A DNA stretch of 63,757 nucleotides, the filler included, from Reticulomyxa filosa (Eukaryota; Protista; Foraminifera), in the NCBI GenBank assembly GCA_000512085.1. It is 25 parts of 25 records of this genome, joined end to end, with 100 filler letters (N's around TTAATTAATTAA, not from the genome) between each part and the next. Parts side by side here need not be neighbours in the genome. Positions count along the whole stretch, not along the records: positions 50,340 to 53,292 come from ASPP01050766.1; positions 53,393 to 55,311 come from ASPP01041880.1; positions 55,412 to 59,659 come from ASPP01009343.1; positions 59,760 to 60,780 come from ASPP01012024.1; positions 60,881 to 61,933 come from ASPP01015601.1; positions 62,034 to 63,757 come from ASPP01015069.1; 19 more parts are not named here. One strand, written 5' to 3'. This document shows positions 52,813-63,757 of this stretch, piece after piece; positions within the stretch are counted from its first letter, which is position 1, and each line of letters opens with the position of its first letter. The notes beneath the pieces are model-generated. The model saw only the letters and a program-made list of their open reading frames with translations. It was not told where the DNA came from and did no database searches. Made by a program: the position numbers and the translations under genes.

Positions 52813-53292
52813 TTAAGAAAGAGAAGATAATGAAGGAATCACTTGAAAATAAAACATATCAGCATTAAAATAATATTGAACCCATTCATTATCAATCTCT
52901 TTAACACTTTGAATAAATTTGGGAAAGTTAGATTGATAAAACTGATGGAATTTGATTCGTTCAGTTGAATTAAGGTACAATTGAAAATAAGTTTGATTGG
53001 TTGACTCATCACGACAATAAAATGCTCCATTTTGAGTAGAATCAATGCCTGCTTTTGCAACAAGAGCTTGTTTTACTGCCATTTCATTATACATTTCATC
53101 AAATCCAACTTTCAACTGCTTTGAAAGGACTTTCATCAACTCTGCGTGACTGAGAGTTTCAATTGGTAATGGTACACATTCATTTGATTTATTTCCATTT
53201 TTCATTATATTTTCTTTGAAGATTGCATTGTAATTTCTTTTTTTAAACACAAAACTCTTGTATTCTTGGTCTCTAAACCATTCATAAATCAC
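52813..53292 (-). CDS. Hypothetical protein, C-terminal fragment
   Basis: 159-codon open frame from the contig edge, with protein-like composition in AT-rich DNA. Confidence 0.5.
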   Translation of the reverse strand: MIYEWFRDQEYKSFVFKKRNYNAIFKENIMKNGNKSNECVPLPIETLSHAELMKVLSKQLKVGFDEMYNEMAVKQALVAKAGIDSTQNGAFYCRDESTNQTYFQLYLNSTERIKFHQFYQSNFPKFIQSVKEIDNEWVQYYFNADMFYFQVIPSLSSLS

Positions 53293-53392
53293 NNNNNNNN
53301 NNNNNNNNNNNNNNNNNNNNNNNNNNNNNNNNNNNNTTAATTAATTAANNNNNNNNNNNNNNNNNNNNNNNNNNNNNNNNNNNNNNNNNNNN

Positions 53393-54830
53393 CAGCACCA
53401 ACAAGATACAGGTTGTCCCGCGATTGAGCAGTGATAGTTTTGTTCGATTGTTCCAATGCCATCATCTTCAAAAGCCGAAGTTTATCCACTATTGTTGCTG
53501 TTGCCACTTTGTAATGAAGGGACCACACTTTATACGCATGTTAATGAATGCTGAGAATTTTCAATAACCATTATCCAAGGCATTCGATAACTCTTGGACT
53601 GTATGTCCAAGTAGTGATAATGTCATTTTTATTTTTTTCTTCATTATTGGATGTGTCCGTTATTATTATTCTTACGTTGGATGGTTCAACTCGCTTATTG
53701 AATACGACAAACTTCAATATTCGATTTCCAATTCAAAGCACTCGCCTTTCATTGCTCTAACCCAATAAGTCGTCTGTTAGTCCATAGGCGATCCTGGAGA
53801 CATTTCAGCAAAGATGGTTTGTTGCTGCAAGAGTTGCGTGCCTTTTTGCGTTTATCAAACAAACTCTTTTTGTTACTCTCGCGAGCCCACACTATCAGCA
53901 TATACATCATTCAAAATTCGAAGTCGCGCATATGCGCACGCACACAATCGTTGACTATTTTCCTACATTCATAAGATTAGCTCAATCTTCATAATGATCG
54001 AGCTTTCATTGTTCGTTGCCGGCAGATCGTGGTTCGGGCAATCGTCGGTGCTGTGCCATGTCAATAACTATACTGTGGAAAGACTTGTGTGCGCCCAACG
54101 TTGATGATGAACAAACTCTTCCAATGTTTCGGTCTGCAACTATCTTGACATTTCCATCTTCTATTGGGGAGCGCTATATGGTGTAAGTTCATGTCCGGAA
54201 CCACGCAAAGTCGCCATTCGCGAACATGAAGAGCCCTTTCATAACACTAAGCAAAGTAAACTAATTTTAAAAAAAAACAAACAAAAAACAAATCTAACTT
54301 GGAATACTCTTTCTACTTCATCACCCAAATCTCCTCTTCTGCTGCTGGTGTCTTGAGCTTATCACAATTACTTCAACAAATGGATATCTTCAAAACAATG
54401 TATGCGTTCGTTTCTTCTTTGCCTGTCACTTCTGCACTCAGTTCAGTCGCTGTCGCCGTCCGACACCATCTTTCTACTTTTCGCGATTTCTTTTTTTTCT
54501 TGGCGAACTTGCTTTTGTACTTTGATGGAACTAAGATCTTGATGAGTTGGAGAATCTTGTGAACTGTCCACGTACACTTTCGATAAGTGCGATCAGTCTC
54601 CAATCGTCGCTCGTTCGCCGTTCGTAGTTGGCACCAATTTCCACAGCGACTCATTTTTCGCAGGCGCTATCTTTGTGCAAACAAATAACAATAAACACAA
54701 ACAAGATTTCACCACTCGATTTGCTACTCCTGCATTGCCATTCTCCATCTTCTTTCATTGTCCTTCTCCATCTTCTCGTACGCGATATGAGCATATTTTC
54801 GCAAAGCTCCACTAACTTGGGCTGCCAACG
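53393..54830 (-). pseudogene. Paralog of the repeat-domain pseudogene at 3000-5900
   Basis: The minus strand shares gtcgctgtggaaattggtgccaact (cf. 3144-3168), VMKGLFM, CACAYARLRILN and LLKCLQDRLW. It is preceded by a similar purine-rich tract. Confidence 0.6.
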
Positions 54831-55180
54831 TTTTTCTCTTGTTCTTCTTCTTCTTTTTTTTTTCTTTATTTTCTTCTTATTTTTTCATTTAATCATTTTT
54901 TCTTTTTTTTTAATCTTTTTCTTTTTTTTATTTTTTCTCTTTTTCTTTTTTTTCATCTTTTTCTCTAATTTTTTTTTCATCTTTTTAATTTTTTTCTTTT
55001 TTTTCCAATTTCCATTTTTTTTTTATTTTCTCATTTTTCCTAAATAAAATTTCCAACTTTTTTTTCACAATCTTTTTCATAATATTTTTTTCCAACTTTT
55101 TTCCCAACTTTTTTTCCCAATTTTTTTCAAAATCTTTTTCAAAAATATTTTTTCCCCTTATTCCACTTTTCCCAACATAC
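54830..55180 (-). repeat. Strand-biased A/purine-rich tract (T-rich on +)
   Basis: Long T-runs and ttttcccaa units, mirroring 2609-3000. Confidence 0.9.
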
Positions 55181-55411
55181 AATAAAAAACTTTACAATCG
55201 CTTTGACTTGACACCTATAAGCAAACCACAAGTAAAAAAGTTTTTTCATTTTTTAAATAAAAAAAACAAAACATACTTTGACTTTCGAGCTAAAAGCTCG
55301 AACACAATCTTNNNNNNNNNNNNNNNNNNNNNNNNNNNNNNNNNNNNNNNNNNNNTTAATTAATTAANNNNNNNNNNNNNNNNNNNNNNNNNNNNNNNNN
55401 NNNNNNNNNNN

Positions 55412-55454
<43 letters not shown>

Positions 55455-55456
<2 letters not shown>

Positions 55457-57810
55457 GAGCTGAAGCACAACCTACGAACAACACAAAATAACAAACAAAA
55501 ACGATAGCCCGTCGACAGTGCAATTACACGATTGTGAATGGGCCCGCGGAGTTTCATGGTACGTATACTCTGCTCGGCTACGACACGCAGAAGCGCGGCA
55601 AATGGGTGAAAATCGACGACAACAAGAAAAACATAAGTCACGTGAACATGTCTTGGGTGATGTTGGACACCAGCAAGCCCAAGGGCACGAACAACTCGTA
55701 CGTGGTGGCATCGATGGACTGGAAGCCTCCAGACCAGGCGTATTGGTACCAGCAATACTATGGAAGCGATAAGAAATGGCATAAGGGCGCGCAGTCGTTG
55801 GTCACAATCGAGTGTGACACGACGAAGCCTCCTTCGTCTTCGCCCACGAGACATCCGACCAGTGCGCCGACGCGATCGCATTGCAATGGCTTGTACGTAT
55901 CGAATAAGACGCACATGTTACCAACAACAACAACAACAACAATGGGGTCATTTAATTTTGTGGGTTGGTATCGAAAGCAGGCATATCTAATCAATGGCAA
56001 GTGGTGGTGGATCAACGACAAAGGTACCATTGCGATCAAGTTTTATGACGATTACTGGTATTTACAGCAGATTAGTGTCGGCGTAGATACGGCCACGTCA
56101 CCTAATCGTCTGTTCACCAATGCGTCAACAAACGACGATCGTCCTCCAGTCGTGGCCAACTGGACCTACGTCTCGTACTCCCAATCGAATGTGGTGCTGT
56201 CCATGGTCTGCAATAGCACCGCACGACCTTCAATGGCACCTACCAATACCCCTACCAATGCTCCCACTAACAATGCTCCTCCGCAGTGGTCGTCGTGTCC
56301 ACACACAGACGCCGTACTTTGCTTTCGGCAAGAACCAGTCGTCGCTCGTTGCCGTGTATTGGGACGTCCCACAGCCAGTCGACGACCAACTGGTCACTGT
56401 GCAATTGTTTCGACGAATTTGGACGGGTGTTGGCGTCGGTGGGGCCAACTTGGAATCCACTGATGACAAACCTGGGGCCTTGCTGACCCCAGGAAATCGT
56501 TTATGACTTTGTATACGTAGGCAATGATTCGCTAGGTGCCACCAACAGCTGCACTGTCGTCGTATACGTCGTGAATGTTGCTCCTTACTCGTCCTATCCT
56601 TATTGCGTGCAGCAATCGTTTTCGATACATGTCGACGTCAATCAGGATGAGTTTAGCGTCGTGGATATTCGCAGAATCAAGTACAAAGTCGATGGCGGAG
56701 AAGTATCGGGAATTGTTCGACTGCCAGAGTTGACAAGGGATGATCAAGCTTGCTTCGTGCAAGCACACTTCTTGGGACAAGTCTCGGATAAAGCCTCGGT
56801 TGTAAACACATCTAAATATTTGGGCTTGACCGGTGCGACGGTGATGTGGGAAGTGCTTGTGCTACTGCTCGTATTATGTGTCGCTGGCTTGTTCGCAGAA
56901 ACCGTTCGAAGATGTGTCTATGATCATTGCAAGAAAGAGAAAAAAGAACTCGAACAAAGCTTGCTTAATAGTGTCGATGCCACCGGAGATGATCAGAAAG
57001 CGATCATGGCCGGAATTGTTCCCGAACGTGCGATGCGCAAGGCAACCTTGCAAGGCGCCGACACAACCATCTCCTCGCATGTTCCAGGAAAATTCGAAGG
57101 CGGCGGTGGTGGTGGTGGTGGTGGTGGTGGTGGTGGTGGTGGTAGTGATGGACCCACTTTGGAGTTGGCTGTTTCCCAAACCACCAGTGAAACCAATAAT
57201 AATGAAAACGAAACTGAAAAAGAAACAAATGCCAAGTCCAATAACAAGTTTGAACAAGGAATCATGGCACTTTTGCAACATCAATCTTCCAAAGAGGTCC
57301 CTGGAGCGCCCCCCCTGTGCTGGACAAAGTCCCCGATACCGACGAGTTTTGGAACCAAGAACTGGAAGATTTAAATATTAAGGGCTTCCGAAATCGTCAG
57401 AAAAATATCGAGTTTTTAGTACGATATGCCGTCAGAAATCCGGATGGGTCTGTCGATAAAGCTGTCTCAAGACAGAAGGTCGAGGAGCAATTGGACAAAG
57501 TTATGGAAAAGAAAAAGCAACAACAACAGGAACAACAACAACCACCTCAGCCTCCTCAACAACTTCAACCTCCACCTCCTCCATTCTCTGCCAAGCGTAA
57601 TAACCAGTCAGAGGAGAACAAACATGAACAAAGTGATATAACAGAAAATAAGACTGAAAATTTACAAGTGGACAAAAACGAAGAAGATCTTGAAGCACCT
57701 ACACCGGCTACTCCTCCTATCGGACTTCCGCCACCGTCTGGAACTGACAGGACTGAACAAGCGTTTGCTAGTAATGTCGATAGTGATATTGAAGAACCCA
57801 ATTCCGAGGT
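55455..57810 (+). CDS. Putative type I membrane/surface protein with Trp-rich extracellular modules, PT linkers, one TM helix and a low-complexity tail; several frameshifts
   Basis: ORFs 55534-56463, 56571-57374 and 57317-57895. PT repeats (SPTRHPTSAPT, APTNTPTNAPT), TM VLVLLLVLCVAGLFA, poly-G and poly-Q/P tracts. Confidence 0.6.
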
Positions 57811-58469
57811 GTGTGTATCATGTGATTACTTTTTCTTACCATACATTATTTGTTTATGTGCTGTTGATATTTTATTCTCAAATTATAGAAACTAAGATCC
57901 AAGAGGCAGTCGGAACTTAATCTTTAGACTGGAATATAGCCTGTGGTTTGTTAAAATTGATTGTATTAGTGTGTTTTTTGTATGAGCAACAATTGTGTGT
58001 TTGTCGTATTCTTGTTTGTTCCGTGGTGTTGTTGCTCTTTTTTCGCCAAACTGTAAATGTGTGTTGTTTGCAGCGTATTTTATTTTTTTTAACATTCAGA
58101 TATCTCGAAATAAACTTGTTGAGCAAAAATATGTGATGTCCACAAAGGCAAAAATAAAGCAACTGTTTTGTCTTTCGAGTGCAGTAATTTACTATAACAA
58201 TTTTTCTTGCCCAGTTTACCGCTTTGTGAATATATGCTTGATGATGGAAAAACAAAAAATAAATTTTCTTTTTTCTTTTTTTTGAAATGTGGCAAATTCA
58301 ATTTTACTTTTAACATTCGTCTTTCTAATTCTTGTCAAATAAAAAAGAGATACAAGTGTAAATATTTTTTTTATCTTTGTAGACGAAATATAATTAATTC
58401 AATCTTGCATTTGTTAAAAAAAATGTTTGTTAGTTTTCAAAAATTATTTTCAACTCCAGATTCGTATTG

Positions 58470-59190
58470 CGATCACGGGAACCCGAAGCAATTATATTGC
58501 TATCTAAAGAAATATCAACCCCTCCAGCATCCAATCAGAATGTATGAATTCTTTTATCCACTGTGATGTCCTTCCATTTTAAAAAAAATTCTTTTCCTGA
58601 TTCCACAGTTCATGTTCGAATTGTTTTATCATTTGAACAAGATACAATAAATTGACAATCTGAAGAAAATTGTGCTTAATTCACAGAATTGGAATGTCCC
58701 TTTACTTGCGTCAATCTTTTGCCAGATTTTACCTCACATAAACCTATTGTACTGTCATTAGACAGTCATTTGATTATCCGGCGAAAATTTGACAGTTTGT
58801 ACTCCAAAAGAATGAGCAAGCTGTTTTCCAGAACTTGCATGCCATAAGCGTATTGCGCTATCAGATGCACAAAATACAATATTGGAAAAATTTACACTCG
58901 TACGGGACTTGAATATCCTTCCAATTATTTTCCTAATTTTACATCTCACAATTAAATTGTATTGTTTCTGAACATGATACGACAATGTGTCCATCAGGTG
59001 AAAATTCTGTACATTGACTTGACTGGAATACTTTGAGATTTTGAAATTGCTTCCCTGATGCAATATCGCATATCCCAACAGCTGTGTCCAATGAAGACAA
59101 ACCTCTTGAAGCCATATGGTGAAAAGCTTACTGAATGTATTCCATTCTCGTGTTCACATAAAACACGCATCAACTTAAAATATCTCATTT
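58470..59190 (-). pseudogene. WD40-repeat pseudogene
   Basis: HENGIHSVSFSP; SDSAIRLWHASSGKQ; VQTVKFSPD; KGHSNSVN*AQFSSDCQFIVSCSNDKTIR. Multiple stops. Confidence 0.88.
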
Positions 59191-59759
59191 GCGATTTAAA
59201 TGTTGAATGATTCACACAAAAATAAAACCAAAAAAAAGACATGCAATAATTTTGTCAAAATTTTCACCACCCAAGTTTTAGCTCGCAAAGATCAACACCA
59301 ATTTTGACGTAGTACTTTGACGTCGCTTTCCAACTTTTTAAATAAGTACATTTCTTGTCGAAGAATGTCAACGCAATTTTGTTGATTAAAAAGTGAGCTT
59401 TAACTTGTGAGCTTACACAAACACGACATAATTTTTGACTAGTTTAATAATTGTATTTATACACCCGATGTGCTCTCGACAATGGATTTGCTTTTGTTAT
59501 CATATTCTATTTGAACGGCTAATCATTTAAATACACTTCAACATAATCTCATTCTCTTATTTTTACTAAAAATTCGAGATTTTTGAGTTATACTTTGATT
59601 TAGAAATTATTAGCAAGATAAGCTTTAATTTATGTATTTTTATTTTCTTTAGCAAGACTNNNNNNNNNNNNNNNNNNNNNNNNNNNNNNNNNNNNNNNNN
59701 NNNTTAATTAATTAANNNNNNNNNNNNNNNNNNNNNNNNNNNNNNNNNNNNNNNNNNNN

Positions 59760-59799
<40 letters not shown>

Positions 59800-59850
59800 A
59801 TCATTATGAATAATAATCAATTAACATTGATTCCCTCTCCTCCAACAAAC

Positions 59851-60735
59851 CCATGGAAAATTCTTTGCTCAAATGTTTCATGAAAGCATCGATGCCAAGA
59901 TTGGAGCGTAGAATGTGATTGAGTTTGGAGCCAAAAGGGACTCTTTTGTTTTGTTTTTCAGCAGACGTTTTCCGAACAGCAGGTTCGTTGGGCTTGCCCA
60001 CGAGTTCGATGGACATGGGCGTGTGATTTCCTATATTGGACGGATGAGTAGCGCCAACAGTTGCATCAAGGCCAAGACCAAGACCAAGATTAATCCCAAG
60101 ACCAAGACCGGCTTCGACAGTCGACCCAGTCGAAGGATTGCGCTTCCACGCCAAATTGTTAGCCAAGCCCTGTTCCGGCGTGGACGAGTCAAAGGTATCG
60201 TGTTCGCGTGTAAAGAACAAGCACCAGATGCATTGTCGACAGCGACGCGCGCACAAGAGCGCGCAAGTGCAACAATACTTGTGAGTTCTCCAATTGTCAT
60301 TCAACTGAGCGTTTGGTGAGGTGTTGATGCTCTTCGAACGAAAGCGTTGAATGTACGGGTCCGCCTCGATCTCCAACTGCGAACCCATGGTCGACACCGT
60401 CATCGTCATCGTCATCGTCATTGTTCGACTCTGCTTGCGCTTCTTACTCTTCTTCAACGACGCGATCACCACATTGTTGAACATGACCCACTTGGTTTGG
60501 AAGTACGCTGCCACAAACATCGCTATCACGCTGTCGTACGTAATCACCGCGACACGCAGGTACTCATCCACCCAACCCATGCGGCGCGCTACGTACGACA
60601 CCACGTACAGTGCACTCGCGATTGACAGCACAATCCCCACCCGAAACAACTCACTTCGAAAATAAAACTCGTCCTCAAATGTCAACACGTACGTCGATAG
60701 GCGGATTGATAAGGTCAATGGGATCACCGCACCGA
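59851..60735 (-). CDS. Internal exon of a multi-TM + RGS-domain protein (7TM-RGS-like)
   Basis: EDEFYFRSEL is followed by two TM helices, then LNHILRSNLGIDAFMKHLSKEFSM (RGS helices 3-4, EFSxE). The exon is bounded by AG and GT. Confidence 0.8.
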
Positions 60736-60880
60736 CTTTTTTTTTTTTTTTTCATTTCTTGTTGTTTATCTCACTTGAGTNNNNNNNNNNNNNNNNNNNN
60801 NNNNNNNNNNNNNNNNNNNNNNNNTTAATTAATTAANNNNNNNNNNNNNNNNNNNNNNNNNNNNNNNNNNNNNNNNNNNN

Positions 60881-61142
60881 CGCGAACAGGTCGGGTGGAT
60901 TGCAGGACCATTGTCCATACCAACCATTGGAAAACAGCGATAGCGAAAACAAATGATTGGGGATGCCGTGGTACTGTGGATGAGCGACGGGATATCCCTG
61001 AGAGGAATACAACAGATTAAAACTCGTGGAGTTGCATAACTGAAACAATTGCGATTGCAAGTCCAACAACCATGGAAAATCAATTGCTACTTCTCCATCT
61101 GAAAATATGCCAAACGATTCCATTCGAAAGCCCCAGTATTCA

Positions 61143-61219
<77 letters not shown>

Positions 61220-61880
61220 GTTATTGTTATTGTTATTATTATTTATAGCAAGCACATTGTTGTCGACAGGCTTCGATGGGAAATACTGCTCAATTACGTC
61301 AACCATCGATTGAAACGAAGGCTGATCTGTTCGATTCCATTTCAAATACAATTGCGGACAGCGTATTTCCAAAGGCATTTGTGGCCAACAGCCCGAATGT
61401 CTTCCACAGTAAATGTCCAAACCCGTTCGAGGAATTGGACGCAATTGCGACTGTGTCAGGCCAATCAATAGCTCACCATCTTTATTCGGAGTTGCGCAGC
61501 GCGGATGAAAAGTCAGAGACAAGGCCGTCAATGATTGGTCGTGGACGACGTATAGCTTTTGGCTCATGAGTTCCCACGGATGCTCCGAATTCAGCACTCG
61601 CGAAAAGGTCGTTTCTTTCACTTGACGCGCTCCGTATGCACGCAAAGACTGAGACAATCCCGACCAGTCCATCGACAAGTCCAGTTTGCGAAGCAATGCA
61701 TCCAACGATAGTATGATATCTCCAATGTTGGTTTCCAGTCGCACATTGTCCCGATTCGATAGCTTACGAGTTGAAAACAGCAGATTCCATGTCTTATGAG
61801 GATGACAATATCGTATCGTGAGGATTGATGGCAATATCGTCCCCATTGGCGAGCCTTGCAATATCGATAATAGCGACTTT
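60881..61880 (-). CDS. Hypothetical protein exon with poly-Asn tract
   Basis: Open frame of more than 320 codons containing an (AAT)n run at ~61141-61245. Confidence 0.6.
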
Positions 61881-62659
61881 TTCGTTTGCTATTTCAAAAC
61901 AAATACAAATCAATCTATTGACGTATACGTATANNNNNNNNNNNNNNNNNNNNNNNNNNNNNNNNNNNNNNNNNNNNTTAATTAATTAANNNNNNNNNNN
62001 NNNNNNNNNNNNNNNNNNNNNNNNNNNNNNNNNTTTTTTTTTTTTTTTTTTTCAAAAAAAAAAAAAAAAAAAAAAAGCAAAGTGCCTTAGAGAAGTACAC
62101 AATTTTTGTCTCCAATGAAAAGAGTTGATTTTTGAAATAATTTTTTTTTGCTTTGATTAGTGCAGGTCTTCTCTTTCCCCTTCCCTTTTGTCCCTACTCT
62201 CTTTCTGCTAACCTCGTTCTCATCGTTCTCTCATCCCCTTTTTTTTATTTTTTTCCAATTGCAAACTCCAAAGACTTGACTTTTTTTGTTTTCTTGTTTT
62301 TTTTTTTGTTTTTGAAAAACCAAAAAGATAATTTTGGTGTGGACGGAAATAGCACTAGAAATGATAAGAAACACATTTGAAGGAATGAGCTGCAGTTGAG
62401 AGACTTTGTAAGGCAGTTAAAATAACTGTAAGAATTTCAAATACTGAGGAGAACAAAAGGGGACCACAAAAGTACACAATGTAAAAAAATAAAAAAGACG
62501 TTGCAAATGAAACTTTTGAATTTTTTTTTGGCTTTTTTTCTCGCTCTGTTTTCGTCTCTCTTTTCTTCACTCTTCCGCTGGGGAAAATAGAGCCCAATGA
62601 AAAGCAATATTTTTTTTTTTTTAAAAAAAAGGCAAAGAGAGTTTGCAACAAATTTGTAA

Positions 62660-63066
62660 ATGTCGGCAAAACGAACTACGTTGTTTTTTGGCTTGTGTTT
62701 GTGTAATATGGATCGGATGGACTTGGCCAATTATTCGTTCATCTCTGGTTGGTATTGGTTTGAAACGGAAATAAGGGTCCACGGTTTGGTGCCCTTATCA
62801 TGGACAACCTTTAGTAACAGATACTTGATTATGATCACTTTGTGCACATGCATTTTTTTTTCCTTCTTCACTGTTGTCATTCTATGTTTGTAATGGTCGT
62901 AATGGTGAACACATCTTTGCTTAAATGGTATACACCACCTGTGATCTTTTATTCTGATAAAACTGTCAGGTCAATGGGAGGGGAAAAAGATTCAAAAAAA
63001 ATATTTTTTGTAACTTACTTTCAAATGTGTTTTGAATTTATTGACACAATCCTAACACTTACGTAA
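62660..63066 (+). pseudogene. Possible fatty-acid elongase (ELO/GNS1-SUR4) relic
   Basis: Hydrophobic fragments ending FVTYFQMCFEFIDTILTL (cf. YxxKxxExxDTxxxxL). Frameshifted, and no HxxHH motif is seen. Confidence 0.35.
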
Positions 63067-63373
63067 CAGAGTGCAAAAGGTGATCAATGCTATCAATCCT
63101 TTTGTTCAATTCATTTCTGTAATTTTTTTATTAAATGCAGATTATTTGATATAAAAAAAAAGGTAAATAGAAATCGCAGAATGGGGGTGGAATATTTGCT
63201 GCTAGAATATACTTTTTGACCTAACCACGTTCAATAATAATTTTGGTCACCTTTAAAGTGTGTTTAAAAAAAAGTAAGAAAGGGCGGAACATTCAAAACG
63301 AGTAAAATAGAAGCAAATTAGCATTTTGATTAGTAGAATCATTTGAATAAGATCAATAATAAGAAAGTGTACT

Positions 63374-63727
63374 ATGGAAACAGCAACTGAACTAACGACT
63401 CTTCATTCAATGTCTACGGAAGACACCAGCCTTCAAACAAAGCAAATCTTTTCTTTGGAAGGCATGACATGCGGAGCCTGTTCAGGTTCCATCCAAAAAC
63501 ATGTCAGCAGATTGCGTGGTACGTGTGTATACGTTTTGTTGTCTTTTTGTGAGAGGTAGTTTAGACAGTTTACAAGAAGCAAAGTGGAGGATCGTAAAAA
63601 AAAAAATAGGAGTGCAAAGTGTGAATGTCTCACTTTTATTGAAGCGAGCCGAAGTACTGTTTGACCCAAAAGTGATCACTGAAGAAAAAATAATTGAAGA
63701 AATTGAGGACATTGGTTTCGAAGCCAA
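63374..63727 (+). CDS. Heavy-metal-associated (HMA) domain, probably the N-terminus of a Cu-transporting P1B-ATPase; exons 63374-63518 and 63610-63727; 3'-partial
   Basis: FSLEGMTCGACSGSIQKHVSRLRG|VQSVNVSLLLKRAEVLFDPKVITEEKIIEEIEDIGFEA. Confidence 0.92.
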
Positions 63728-63757
63728 GTTAAAAAAAAAAAAAATACTAAAATATAA

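Noticed and set aside
55284-55302. Perfect 8-bp hairpin TTCGAGCT-AAA-AGCTCGAA near a contig end
   Set aside because: It is a single short occurrence, expected by chance in 64 kb, with no associated element.

Overview
This window is not one locus. It is 25 short contigs joined by identical 100-bp artificial linkers (44 N + TTAATTAATTAA + 44 N), so neighbourhoods across linkers are meaningless. Twenty-four contigs are AT-rich, intron-containing eukaryotic DNA. The style of the WD40, Kelch and CAP-Gly families and the heavy pseudogene load point to a foraminiferan such as Reticulomyxa (inference). One contig (48840-50239) is GC-rich bacterial DNA. Recognisable genes are dynein light chain LC8, a DAG-lipase-like class 3 lipase, an OB-fold ssDNA-binding protein, an RPA1 C-terminal fragment, an RPEL-repeat protein, a CAMK-like kinase, a TM+RGS protein, the HMA N-terminus of a Cu P1B-ATPase, a decayed Tc1/mariner element, and CAP-Gly, WD40 and Kelch pseudogenes. 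The most unusual signals are: (1) introns with poly-A rather than polypyrimidine tracts at the 3' splice site; (2) an uncharacterised multi-copy gene family built from long internal repeats, one copy carrying a ~45-bp micro-inversion; (3) an ornithine-decarboxylase-like relic missing its PLP barrel; (4) a large helical protein truncated just before a possible RelA/SpoT-like domain; (5) a secreted TPR gene sitting inside a bacterial hpxZ/atzH operon. All calls come from manual reading; no searches were run.
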